This document shows, piece by piece, positions 52,078 through 64,000 of a stretch of DNA of 64,000 bases. Made by a program: the position numbers and the translations under genes. How positions within the stretch are numbered: position 1 is the first letter of the stretch; every line of letters starts with the position of its first letter. Source of the DNA: Octopus sinensis (taxonomy: Eukaryota); the NCBI RefSeq assembly GCF_006345805.1, contig NC_042999.1, positions 150,040,001-150,104,000 of the forward strand, written 5' to 3'. The notes under the pieces were generated by a model. The model made no database searches and was not told the DNA's origin. It saw only the letters and a program-made list of their open reading frames with translations.

Positions 52078-52650
52078 TCTCTCTAATATATATAAAGACT
52101 TACGAACGTAGCAGGTAACAGCTAACTTTTGGAAAACTCTTTTGGACCACGTTGTGTCTATCACTCTGATTGGTTGGTATTGGTGCAATTTGTCTCTTAC
52201 TCTATCGTGCGCCAATATGCAACACAACCAATCGCAGCCTTCAAATAAGTCACGTGAGACAGTCTGTTCCAAACAAGCATCTGAGCCTACCATCAGCTAT
52301 AAAAGCTCACCTCTTTCTAGTCTCAAAGTTTGTTGGTTTCCGACCTTCTAAAGTCTAATCATTGACCACATTGCAGCGATCTCCATCTTCGTCGCCACCA
52401 TGATGTCTCTCACCAACGTCAACAAGATCTACACAGCACCAACACATTGCAATGGTTCTAACATAGCGCTGTTCGTGAACTTTCATCACCAGGGTTAACA
52501 GCTAACATACAACCCACGCAGATGCATGTAGATATATGAATAATTGTCCATCAACCACTTCAGCTTGTGTATATATACGTGTGACCACAATAAACGTATT
52601 TAAAGTTATCAATCTTGGTTATATGTTCTTCATACCGGGTTTACTACTAA
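52078..52650 (+). mobile_element. Possible degraded non-autonomous Helitron carrying promoter motifs
   Basis: 5' tctctctaatatatataaag resembles the 5' end of the 13481 Helitron. 3' accgggtttactactaa resembles its gccgggcgatactgctag end but is not a perfect CTAG. Confidence 0.35.
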
Positions 52651-55600
52651 ATAATATTACAGCCTTCGAAGCGGAGTCACATTAGATGGAATACCACCTA
52701 GCCATCTAAAAATGCACTTAACATTCCTAACAATAAAATAAGCACCAGTTGAGCACTGGGGTCGGCGTAATCGTCTAACCCCTACCCCTAAACTTCCTGA
52801 CCTTGTGCCAAAACTTGAAGCCACTATTATATTTATTTATGAACTAAAAATAAACGAAATCGATCGTATTTTACACCAAATCGAATTTCACAAATATCAT
52901 TTTCTTACACCTGTACCTTTGTGCTTATTGTTCATAATGAACGATAATAAATAATTATGATTTTCTTCTGCTTTGATTCATGGCTCTTTCAATTCGTTTC
53001 AGTTCGTGGTCTGCTATTATATGTTCACAAACCGGAAGCTCTTCAACAAACGAATAACTGATTTTTTTTTTCGGCAAATTCCAGATGATTCATTTGCAAA
53101 ACATTTTTGTTAAAATGCAATGATTTATTTGGGAAACTTTGTTGCTATACAAAAACTGGAAGAAATGATGACCAAACGGGTAAACCAATAGATGGATGCC
53201 GTTTGTGAACAAGACACCAGCAGAATTCTCGTAGATACGATGAGAATAGATTGTAAGAATTTCCCTGCGTCGCTCAAAATTTATCTTTCATGTTGCTATC
53301 TCTTCTCTGACATTTGTATGCAACACTTCATCTTTGGTATCTACTAAATGAAGATTGGTTAACAGCCGACAGTTAAGGGAAAGAAATACAACTTTTAAAA
53401 ATTGATAAACGCCAAATAAAAATCAGCCACGAAATACAACTTATCTTTTAATTAATATCATTGTTGGTCATTTACTTTTTCAAGCTCCGCCGCAGGACCA
53501 GGACACACAGACTAACTGGTTCTGAGGATAGGGACGAAGAACAGAAACTTTCTCAGCTTAATGATGTTGACAGTTTTTCATTTAACCTCCAGCCTTCGCA
53601 GAATGGAACTATTCATTTCTCATTCCATTATATTCAAAAGTGTCTTCTGTCGCCATGCATCACGAAGGACTCTTATCATTTTGCTAAATAACCTTTTAAG
53701 GAGTGCAACTTCCTTTGCATACAGAACCCTTAGCAGACATATTTTGACGCTTCTGTTTTTCCGCAATTAGTTCGAAAATTTGATGATTGCAGCAGCTATT
53801 CATAGTCTGTATGGATCTTACTTGTTTGTAGTCGTTATTGCAGAGTGCAAATAATAGCTAAAATGTTAATGATAATAAAAATAATTTTTTTCAAACCTTA
53901 AACAGAAATGATAACTATCCGCAGAAACTGTCGTTTAAAATTCATATATAGCTTCAAGAGACTTTTAAAGCTAAATGAAAGCTGCCAATATTTTACATGG
54001 TCAGTAAAGCTCTTGGGGTCGATTTAATCGACATTAACCTTCCACATCAAGTGTGGTTTGGTGTCAATGTTAGAAACTACTATTTCAAAAGGTTCCCCTC
54101 AGTCATCGATTGATCTTAGTGGCGTTATATTGCAGATGACGTCAAACAAGCGCCCCGGTTGACAACGGCCTTACGTTTTCCTTTAGCTTCTCTTCTATAT
54201 TTATTTATTTATATGAGCGTGTGTTTAAAAATAGCATGAAAATGAAACTACAATGACGGATCTGTCTTTACAGAAACAGAAAATAGACCTTATAGTCGTT
54301 CTTAAAAAGAGATAGAAATCAGTACCCTTATCACGGTCTTTCTGTCGTTTTTACGAACAGTTACCATAATAATGCTACAGCTCATTCACCTCCTGTCTGA
54401 CCTTATCTGTCTCGCTATCATCTCACGGTATCTATATTTTATTTTATTGTTTCTCTGCTTCCTCCTGCGCTCACACATGAAACCAACATGAAAGTCCATA
54501 ATGGAAGCTCCTAAAAGGGAAGACATTCATAAAGTTTTAAAAACTTCGTCATTAATCCCCGTCTCTCCCCTCCACCTGTAGTAAACTTACGGACTAGCCA
54601 GGATATCGGCTTATCCGGGACATATCTCTTTATCCATCTGTTTGTCTGTCTGTCTTCTCTCCCTCTTTCTCTCTCTCTCTTTCCTCTGTGTGTGTGTGAT
54701 GTACAGAAATCAGAGTAATAAAAAAAATTATATTATTAAAATGGACGAGAAAGAGGGCGTATGGAATAGAAAAGTATTAAAAGAAAGAAACTGAAGTATC
54801 GAGTTGACTGAGAGAGAGAGATGAGGAGATACAGTATGAGAAAGCGGGGTGAACAGAAAGATATAGACAAACACAATGGAGATGATTAGAGGGAAAGAGA
54901 GAATGAAGATAGACAAAAAGATGGTGACTTAAAGAACACGAGAGAGAGAGAGAGAGAGAATTGATGTAGAGCTTTAGGTAAATAATACAGTGTGAGCGAG
55001 TGATGACGATCGAGGGAGGACAGCAATGTAGAAAAATAGGTTGAAAGAGGGAGAGTGGCAAAGAGAAAGAGAAAGAAAATTGAACAGAAACAAAGCAGAT
55101 AGTGAGTAGGACTGATGTAAGAAGAGGGCGAGGACAAGGTACAGAGAGGTCCATTGATAGAAAAAGAACGAAAGAGTGAGCTAAAAAGAGAGAGAGAGAG
55201 AGAGAGAGAGAGGTAGGAGAAGAGAGAGAATAGGTTTAGCAGATGGGAAAGACAGAGACTTAGAGAGAGAGGAGGAAGATATTAAACAGAGATCCGTTCA
55301 CTTTAAAAACATGGTTTATAAGTAGTTCATACTAAACTGTATTTTACTTTTCTGCTATCTGGCACCAGTCACACTCTCGACTTATTTAATACGAAACGAA
55401 AGCATCATTTTAAGCAAACCCAGCTTTTACATTAAAAATAATAATTATTATGATTAATGGTTATAACTACGGTTGTTTTTTCTTTTCCACTAGAATCGAA
55501 GAGCATTATCTAGTCTTAACAGATTAATAGAGAGAAAGAGAGAGAAGAGAGAGAGAAATAGAGAATCGATGAAAGAAGGAAAGTAAAAAAGAGAGTACGT

Positions 55601-55741
55601 CAGTGCATATGCGTGTGATAGAGGGAGGAGTTCCCTCTAGAATGAGGAGGATTTCCTGTTAATATGGGGCGATAATTAAGGCAACACCTTTAATTACTTG
55701 TAAAGTGATTACTGTGTCCAGTTAAGTTACAAGTCTCTCTC

Positions 55742-55770
55742 ATCACTCCTTTTGGCTAAGATCAAAGTGT
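55742..55770 (+). pseudogene. Truncated 5' fragment of U2 snRNA
   Basis: ATCACT-CCTTTTGGCTAAGATCAAAGTGT versus U2 5' end ATCGCTTCTCGGCCTTTTGGCTAAGATCAAGTGT; runs directly into (GT)n. Confidence 0.6.
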
Positions 55771-56044
55771 GTGTGTGAGCGTGTACATACATACTCATAA
55801 ACACATACACACGGGCATCATTCAAAAACGTTCATTTGCTGCTTGTTTAGCCCCCAAGTCAGTCCTAATTGAGCAGACTTATGATAACAAATATTCCAGT
55901 CTTGACTATCTTGTCCCTTTGTAGGACTATATAGTCCAATGCAGCGTTCTTGCATAAAGATGCTAGTGTATGATTTGTGGAAATTTGGTTGCTATTACTA
56001 GCTGTGCGGCGGATGCAAAGATGCACGCGTTGTTCTGGAACAAA

Positions 56045-56525
56045 TGAGCATGAGTGAGTGTGCATGACGCCTATCTGCTGATTTTATTGAGTGTGAGTGA
56101 CATCTGATGACGTGAATGAGTGTATGTGAACTAGTATGTGTATTAGTGTGATTGACAGCTATCTGGTGGCGTGAGTGAGTGTGACCGACCTATCTGGTGG
56201 CGTGTGAGTGTGCTTCAATAAGTTTGTGTGTGTGTGTGTGTGTGTGAGACAGAGAGAGAATGTTCCTGAATAGATTATGTGTCTGAGTGAATGCGACTAC
56301 CACCTATTTGGAGGCGTGTGAATAACTGAGCCTGAACAAGCAAACGTGAGCGACACCTATGTGGAAGTGTGTGAATATGCACAGTATGCGTGTATGAATG
56401 AATGTGAGTGAGTGCCTCATATCTGGTGACGTGTGAATGAGTATACCTGAATAAGTATATGTGTAAGCGTGACTAACACCTATCTGGTTGCGTGTGAATG
56501 AGTGTACCTGTTTAAGTATGCGTTC
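56045..56525. repeat. Degenerate minisatellite with core cacctatctggtggcgtgtgaatgag
   Basis: About 7 variant cores near 56069, 56159, 56190, 56302, 56356, 56419 and 56479. Confidence 0.7.
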
Positions 56526-57441
56526 GAATCTGCACATGTTGCACGTAGCATTCTACTTCTGGATATGTGTGTGTATGGATTTCCTTCTTTCTAAATAGTT
56601 GTTAGTATACCGACCGACCAATTAATGATGTATCAGATAGCTATGAAACTATTTACAATATCTGCTACCGGTGTGTGTATGTGCACATATATATGGTATT
56701 CCGCCTACTGTTTCTATGCGATACATCCTATATATGTGCGTTTGAATTAACAAAACTCTTATGAAAGCCTCTCTAATCATAGCCATTCTTTTTAAGAGTA
56801 TTTAGGACAACAAAATTTAACGAATTTAATCTCTCCGATCCTTATCCCAGACACAGTGTGTTATCTGTGGGAGATTTCGCTGTTATTTCCAGGATATCTA
56901 GCGATCATATACAGGCTTACTATGTTATCGCGTGTGTGTGTGTGTGCATGCGTGTGCAAAGCATCCTACATGTGAATGGAATTAGAAACACTATGTCGTG
57001 AGACTTAGTACATTTACTTGTTGCATGCATATGTAGTGAACGTATCTAGATGTTTGTGTGTATGTACGTGCGCATGCATGTCTTCGTGAAAATTCCCAGC
57101 TGTATGTAATGTTCCTTACCTTCACATCCGAGTATTACGCGTATATAATACACACATACATACATGCATACATAGATATATAATTACATATACACATACG
57201 TATGGACAGACGAACCGTACATGCACGTCTATACATATATTACTTAAACATATTACATATGCATATATTACGTGTGTATGTGTGTGTGTGTAAATTTTTT
57301 ATTAACCCAAACAAGTAGAGGAGTTGAAGAAATGAAGTTGAAAATGTACAGAGGATATACAAGATTTAATTACATTTATATTTTAAATTACAGGAATACA
57401 CTTGACCGGTTTCACATTAAATTTTCAAAAGTGTATATATA

Positions 57442-57611
57442 TATATTTCTTTATTGCCCTCAAGGGGCTAAACATAGAGGGGACAAACAAGGACAGACAA
57501 AGGGATTAAGTCGATTACATCGACTCCAGTGCGAAACTGGTACTTTATTTATCGACCCCGAAAGGATGAAAGGCAAAGTCGACCTCGGCGGAATTTGAAC
57601 TCAGAACGTAG
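57442..57611 (-). mobile_element. 5'-truncated young family A SINE with 16-bp TSD
   Basis: TSD caaaagtgtatatata at 57426-57441 and 57612-57627. Confidence 0.88.
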
Positions 57612-57964
57612 CAAAAGTGTATATATAGTATATGGACCTGTGTCACGAATTACGTTTATTCTGTATGTGTGAGACAAGGCGAGAGAGAGAGAGAAGTATC
57701 AGAGAGCAACTACATAGTGCAAGAGTCAATCACTTATCACTTTAGTCATTTAAGAACACAAAAAAAAAACAACTCTCTGTTATATTAGGTTTATTCTGTC
57801 AAGTGTGAAAGCGTTCACCGCTGACACAATTCCATTGCATGAGCGCGCGCGTGTGTGCACTTTACATAAACTGATGTGCGAGAGAAATTACAAGTGTGAG
57901 AGGGATTCCAGTGGGACTCGTCGAACTGACAGCTCGGTGTAATTACTTCTCTACCACAGTACAT

Positions 57965-58586
57965 ACAACGCACGCGCATACATACATGCATGCATACATA
58001 CATACATACATACATACATCATACATGCATACATCATACATGCATACATACATACATACATACATACATACATACATCATACATGCATACATCATACATG
58101 CATACATACATACGTACGTACATACATACATACATACATACATACATACATACATGCATTCATGCATACATACATACATACATACATACATACATACATG
58201 CATGCATGCATACATACATACATACATACATACATACATACATACATACGTACGTACGTACGTACGTACGTACATACATACATACATACATACATACATA
58301 CATACATGCATGCATGCATACATACATACATACATACATACATACATACATACATGCATACATGCATACATACATACATACATACATACATACATACATA
58401 CACACATGCATACATGCATGCATACATACATGCATACATACATACATACATACATACATACATACATACATACATACATACATACATACATTCATGCATG
58501 CATACATACATACATACATACATACATACATGCATGCATGCATACATACATACATTCATACATACATATGTACGTACGTACATACA

Positions 58587-58620
<34 letters not shown>

Positions 58621-58850
58621 CATACATGCATACATACATACATGCATACATGCATACATACATACATGCATACATACATACATACATGCATACATACATA
58701 CATACATACACACACACATACATACATACATACATACTAACATACATACATACATACATACATACATGCATGCATGCATGCATACATACATACATACATG
58801 CATACATACATACAAACATACATACATACACACATACATATATACACAAT
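57965..58850. repeat. Compound (CATA)n microsatellite of about 0.9 kb, with (CATG)/(CGTA) variant blocks
   Basis: Seen directly; it generates the spurious 182-386 aa HTYI/MYVC ORFs. Other large microsatellites: (TTC)n about 16745-16800, (TATG)n about 21210-21352, (CAT)n about 27985-28075, (TAGA)n about 38155-38208, (CATA)n about 43446-43535, (TA)n/(GA)n about 62270-62720. Confidence 0.97.
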
Positions 58851-58929
58851 TCTTAGAAAGGATGGAGACACGTTTATACGGAGAAGGGGAGGGAGAGAGA
58901 GCAACACTGTATGCATGTATATATATGTA

Positions 58930-58965
<36 letters not shown>

Positions 58966-58989
58966 TGTATGTATGTATGTATGTATATG

Positions 58990-59023
<34 letters not shown>

Positions 59024-59399
59024 TGCATGTATGTATGTATAAAGACAGACAGGTGAGAGAACAAGCAGGTGTGTTTATGCATATATACATATATGTGTGT
59101 GTGTAAATAGGGAGACACCCCCCCACACACACACACACAGAGTTAAAGAGATCTGAGTGCACACTACAATTCTTGTGGTGGACTGAAAATAATTTTTAAT
59201 TCATTGCAATTACAACTATAAGTCATTAGCATTATGAAAAGTTGTTGTCATTTGGGGTGAAATTTAATTTTAATAGAGATACAGTAGTACGCACCTAGCT
59301 ATGTGTTCGGCATGCAGTAGGGGAACTTTCCAGTGACATTATTTTAATTTATCTTAAAGGCAAGTGTGCTCCACACTAAATACTATTCCTGTTAGTTTT

Positions 59400-59660
59400 C
59401 CTCAGGTTCTCTGTGTTCAAGGCCCATTTCTCACTATTATACAGCATTGCAGTTCTAACACAAATATCATACAGTCTGCTTTTCACTCTGGAAAAAAGCC
59501 ATTGTTGCCTGCAATGGCAGAAGCTTCCTAAACTTTTATCAACCCAATCTCACTCTGGCTAGTATACTTTCAGAGCAACAACATCCCTGGCTAATACTAT
59601 CTCTCAGGAAGCAAAAGCTATCAGCTACTTCTAGAGAGCCACCCAGGTATTCAAGGGGTG
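59400..59660 (-). mobile_element. RTE-clade LINE fragment
   Basis: GSLEVADSFCFLRDSISQGCCCSESILARVRLG (cf. LEVVDxFCYLGDxI..GGC..S..ARIRxGW). Confidence 0.7.
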
Positions 59661-60939
59661 TGTTCATATATATTACATCATCATCATTATTTAGGGTCCG
59701 TTGTCCATACTGGCAATGGTTGGATGGTTTGACCAGGACTGGGAAGCTGGGGAGCTGCACCAGACTCGAGTCTGATTTGACATGGTTTCTACAGCTGGAT
59801 GCCCTCCCTAACACCAACCACTTCAAGAGTGTAATGGGTGCTTTTATGTGCCACCAGCATGGGTGTCATTTGTATGACACCAGTATCTGCCACAACTGCG
59901 ATTTTACTTGGCTTGATGGGTTTTTTCTTAAGCATAGCATAATGCCAAAGGTCTTGGTCATTTGTCATTGCCTCTGTGAGGCCCAACACTCAAGGTGAGT
60001 GTGTGTGATGGTAGTGGTGATGGTGGTGGTGGTGGTTTTGGTAATGGACAACTGTCAGTGTTGCTATCTTTCAGAATTCTCTCAGATGATAGCAACATTG
60101 GTAACATCAACCAGTGCCACATTAGAAAAGTCACCAGCTGCTTTTTAAAGACTTTGATACAGAGTATATCAGAGCCAGACCCTTTGTTCCTTTGCAAAGC
60201 TGGACAATACCAAGTTCTTTGTATCACCATCCTCTTCTGTCTTACGAAAACTTGGCTGATTTGCAATTGTCAGGCTCAGTCCTTTGAATTCTTATCTGTG
60301 AGAGAATTACTTGGGAATTACCTTAGAGATCTTGTGCTTCACCCTGAAATAACTATTTCAAATTTTTGCACATTACCAGTAATTTTAGTGGGAAAGAGTC
60401 AATTACATCGACATCATTATTTGATAAACACTTTATTGGCCTCCAAAAGGATAAAAGGTAGTGCTGATCTTGGCAAGATTTGAACTTAGAATGTAAAAGA
60501 CCAGGACAAATACCACAAAGATTTTGCCTATTAGTCTAATGCCTCTCTCAGCTTGCTTATTCTTATAAAAGACCACTGTAAAAATATGATGGCCATAATC
60601 ACCCAGTACAAGCCGTTGAGGTTGGGCTGATAATAAGGGTGTCTCTATATGGTATATATTTGGCTGATGTTCAGCTACAGGGCCAAAAGAACACTTTCAG
60701 AACCTCAGCTGGACTAAAAACAAGACTTGTAAAAAGGAGGATGAACCTAGTGTAGGCTCAATGACTATCTAGCAATAGCATGACCCCTTTGAAATTCTGG
60801 GACAGTGTTTGATATGCTGGAAAACCACTAGGAGTGTGACACCTCTCAGCTTTTGTTAAAGCATCTCTCTGGAACTTGCTTCAAACCCAAGCTACATCTG
60901 TTCTGATAATTGGTGGTCTCAAATACAACTTCAATTTCT

Positions 60940-61455
60940 ATGCTCTCCAACATTGTTGGTTGTCCACCAATACATGAAATCAAAGTCGAAATCAAACTCA
61001 ATTGCGAAGACCTGTTGAGGCAAGTGAAATTGAAATCAAACTCGTGACTGGCATCCGTTGCTAGTGGAGCGCTAAGAGTACCATAAGAGTGAGATCGTTG
61101 CCAGAGCAACAAGCTGGCCTTAAAGCGTGACCGTTACCTGCATCGCCTTACTAGCACTTGAGCTGGTGGTACGTGAAAAAAACATTCGAGTGAGGTTGTT
61201 GCCAGTGCCGCTGGGCTTGCTCCTGTGCAGGTGGCACATAAAAAGCACCATTTGAGCATGGCCGTTGCCAGTACCACCTAACTGACTTTTGTGCTGGTGG
61301 CACATAAAAGCACCCACTACACTCTCAGAGTAGTTGGCATTAGGAAGGGCATCCAGCTGTAGAAACTCTGCCAGATCAAGACTGCCAAACCTCAGTCAAA
61401 TCGTCCAACCCATGCTAGCATGGAAAGCAGACATTAAACGATGATGATGATGATT
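60940..61455 (+). mobile_element. Family B SINE
   Basis: Homologous to 40381-40950; (GAT)n tail at about 61440-61453. Confidence 0.8.
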
Positions 61456-62269
61456 CTTGAAAAAAGGGGACAAAAAAATTTGTCATTTAGCCTGAACATC
61501 TTGTAATACTAATACATACTCAGTAACTACTAAGCTCAATTCAATCAACTATATCTCTGTTTTAAAATTATAGCATTTATTTCACATCAATGTGGAGACT
61601 GGGGGAGGGTGAAGTTGTTGTGCTCATGTTTTGTAAAGAAAGCTGACGCAAGATAGTTCTAAGTGTGTGTTTGTGTGAGTGTGTACATGTGTGTGTGTGT
61701 GTCTGCTGAAATTTAGAAAAAAAAAGAAACGCTTCATTTGCAATGAATCTATCTCCAGGCACTAGCCACAACCCCCTATTATTAATAATAAATGAGCCTC
61801 GATTGACGTCACAGAATATGAGTACAGACATACACTTGCATGTTAGAATAAGTGTCAGTGTGTTTGTGCATGTGTGTGTATGTGTGTTAAACTGAATGTG
61901 TACATATGTCTACAGGTGTTATTACGCATGTGTGTACATGTGTGTAAGCATTGTGTGCATTCACTCGTCTGATTCTGTGCCTTCATGTACGTATGTAGCA
62001 GAATCTGTTTACGCATGATCTTCGTATTCATGTGTCCTGCTCACATGTTAATTTATATGCATTCACGCAACTGAGTACTAGACCTTCGTGTGTGTGTGTG
62101 TGTTTGTGCATGCGTGTGTGTGCGCGTGTGATCTTTGATTGCAGTAAATCCCAATGCGGCTATGTCATTCTACGCCAAACAAGTTATCATATTGGAAAAC
62201 AATACATTTTACTGAATTGCAGACCAAATGTAATCATAGCAAATGTATGTGCATGTGTGTGTGAGTGTT

Positions 62270-62309
<40 letters not shown>

Positions 62310-62529
62310 GAGAGAGAGACATATACACATGCACATGCACACACACACACACATAGCATCATAGTATACATTATATATATATATATATGTACACACTCAT
62401 ACACAGGCATACATTCATACATATATATACATAAATATATATATGCCTCTGTGTGCGTGTTTATATGTATGTATCTATGTATGTATGAATATATGTGTCT
62501 GCATATACATATATATACGTACATATAAG

Positions 62530-62563
<34 letters not shown>

Positions 62564-62646
62564 ATATGTGTGTGTATGTATATAAGTATATATATAATAT
62601 ATATATATATATTTATATATATATATATATTTATATAAAAATATAT

Positions 62647-62724
<78 letters not shown>

Positions 62725-63242
62725 CTATATGCATACGTATACATGTATGTGTGTGCATGTGTGTATTATACATATTCATATATCTATCTATATATATATA
62801 TATATATACATGCATAGTAGACAGAGGTACATGTTACCTATTAACCTAAGCACTATGAATTCACCTCATCTAAGCCAGCTATTTAATCATGGAGAGTGCC
62901 CTATGACTCAACAGTCAATGTTATGACTCTGTAAACCTATGTGAATGAAACAAACAGGGGGGAATGAACTTTCAGCAGACCTCATAAAAAGAAAAAATGG
63001 AATATTAACCTTAAGCTACCAATTTACTGCAGGCATGGCTTAGTAGCTGAGAAGTTTGCTTTATAACCACATGGCCTCAGGTTCAGTCCCACTTCATGGT
63101 GTCTTGGTACCATTTTAGTATTATGGTACTTTTTAGTATAGCCTTGGCTGAGTAAAATCTTGTGAGTGGATTTGCTACATTGAAACTGAGGGAAGTTCAT
63201 TGGTTATGTATATAGGTGTAGATGTGTGTGTATATATATACG

Positions 63243-63499
63243 AAAATACAGTGTACATTTAAACACATAAGAGATGGCCATAACAGGACATCTGACTCGC
63301 TAGAAAGAGTAGTTAAACTACAAACCACTAATTGATGTAATTCTGAAAGGGAATGAAAAATAAAAACATTTACCCTATTTTTCATTCCCTTTCAGAATTA
63401 CAACTATTAGTGGTTTGTAGTTTAACTACTCTTTCTTTCTAGCAAGTCAGATGTCTTGTTATGGCCATCTCTTATGTGTTTAAATGTACACTGTATTTT
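63243..63499. repeat. Long near-perfect palindrome (arms about 120 bp, 13-nt loop)
   Basis: 63243-63362 versus the reverse complement of 63376-63499: 4 mismatches and one 4-nt indel. Confidence 0.92.
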
Positions 63500-64000
63500 T
63501 ATATGAATGATATATTGTCTATTGACTAGCTTTTTCCTCTCGCTAGACCACTGGTAGCAAAGAATTTTTCTAAATTTTTTTGCTACCCTAAGATTTATTT
63601 ATATATATGTATACAGGGTAGCCCAAAAGTAGGTTTACAGATATCATGTAGGCACTTTGAATTTCTTTTAAAACATTTTATTACATTTAAATTTCATTCT
63701 TACAAACTTACAAAGGGAGCTTGATAAAATTAACTAAATTAGCATAGAATAATGGTTTCATATTTGTTTTATAATTAAGATCTAAACTGTTCATATATGA
63801 ATGTGAAACAGATAGTTGAATAACTGTGAACCAACTTTTGGGTATGGCTGTGTGGTTAGGGAGCTTGCTTCCTAGCTACATGGTTTTGGGTTCAGTCCCA
63901 CCACGTAGCATTTTGGGCAGGTGTCTTCTGCTATAGCCCCAAGCCGACTGAAGCTTTGTGATTGAATTTGGTAGGCGGAAGTTACTGCCGTGTGCGTATA

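Noticed and set aside
57880-57953. Possible pre-miRNA hairpin (agagaaattaca...tgtaattacttctct)
   Set aside because: Only the basal 12 bp or so pair; the interior does not form a miRNA-like stem.
57896-59162. Long ORFs (up to 386 aa) of HTYI/MYVC repeats, and similar ORFs at 21101-21423, 37037-37724, 43338-43687 and 62032-62926
   Set aside because: These are translations of (CATA)n/(TATG)n/(TA)n microsatellites, which lack stop codons in several frames.
54137-61811. Isolated perfect CRE sites TGACGTCA at 54137 and 61804
   Set aside because: Single 8-mers without supporting promoter context.

Overview
This is AT-rich, microsatellite-dense animal genomic DNA. The SINE families, (CATA)n/(TA)n/(CAT)n tracts and TAACCC repeats suggest a coleoid cephalopod, probably Octopus (inference, no database search done). 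Only one protein-coding gene is clearly intact: an uninterrupted 664-aa TRIM-type ORF on the minus strand (8638-10632) with a RING, a decayed B-box 1, an intact B-box 2, a coiled coil and an NHL-like beta-propeller. Most other recognisable sequence is decayed or nested transposable elements. These include Tx1/L1-like ORF1 and ORF2 remnants, Ty3/Gypsy gag-protease and RNase H remnants, an R4/Dong-like RLE retroelement split by a Helitron, CR1/L2- and RTE-type LINE fragments, Penelope GIY-YIG remnants, hAT/piggyBac/TA-type MITEs with visible TSDs, and about four SINE families. The most notable observations are: (i) a shared 3' tail between a young SINE family and a Tx1-like element that seems to lack ORF2; (ii) repeated insertion of that SINE into older copies of itself; (iii) a TTAA-flanked foldback element enclosing telomere repeats; (iv) a truncated U2 snRNA 5' fragment; (v) a Helitron-like cassette carrying a complete mini transcription unit; (vi) a CpG-rich ETS/CRE promoter-like island with a candidate first exon; and (vii) two near-perfect long inverted repeats. 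Most of the short ORFs in the supplied track are microsatellite or antisense artefacts. TE boundaries without TSDs are approximate.
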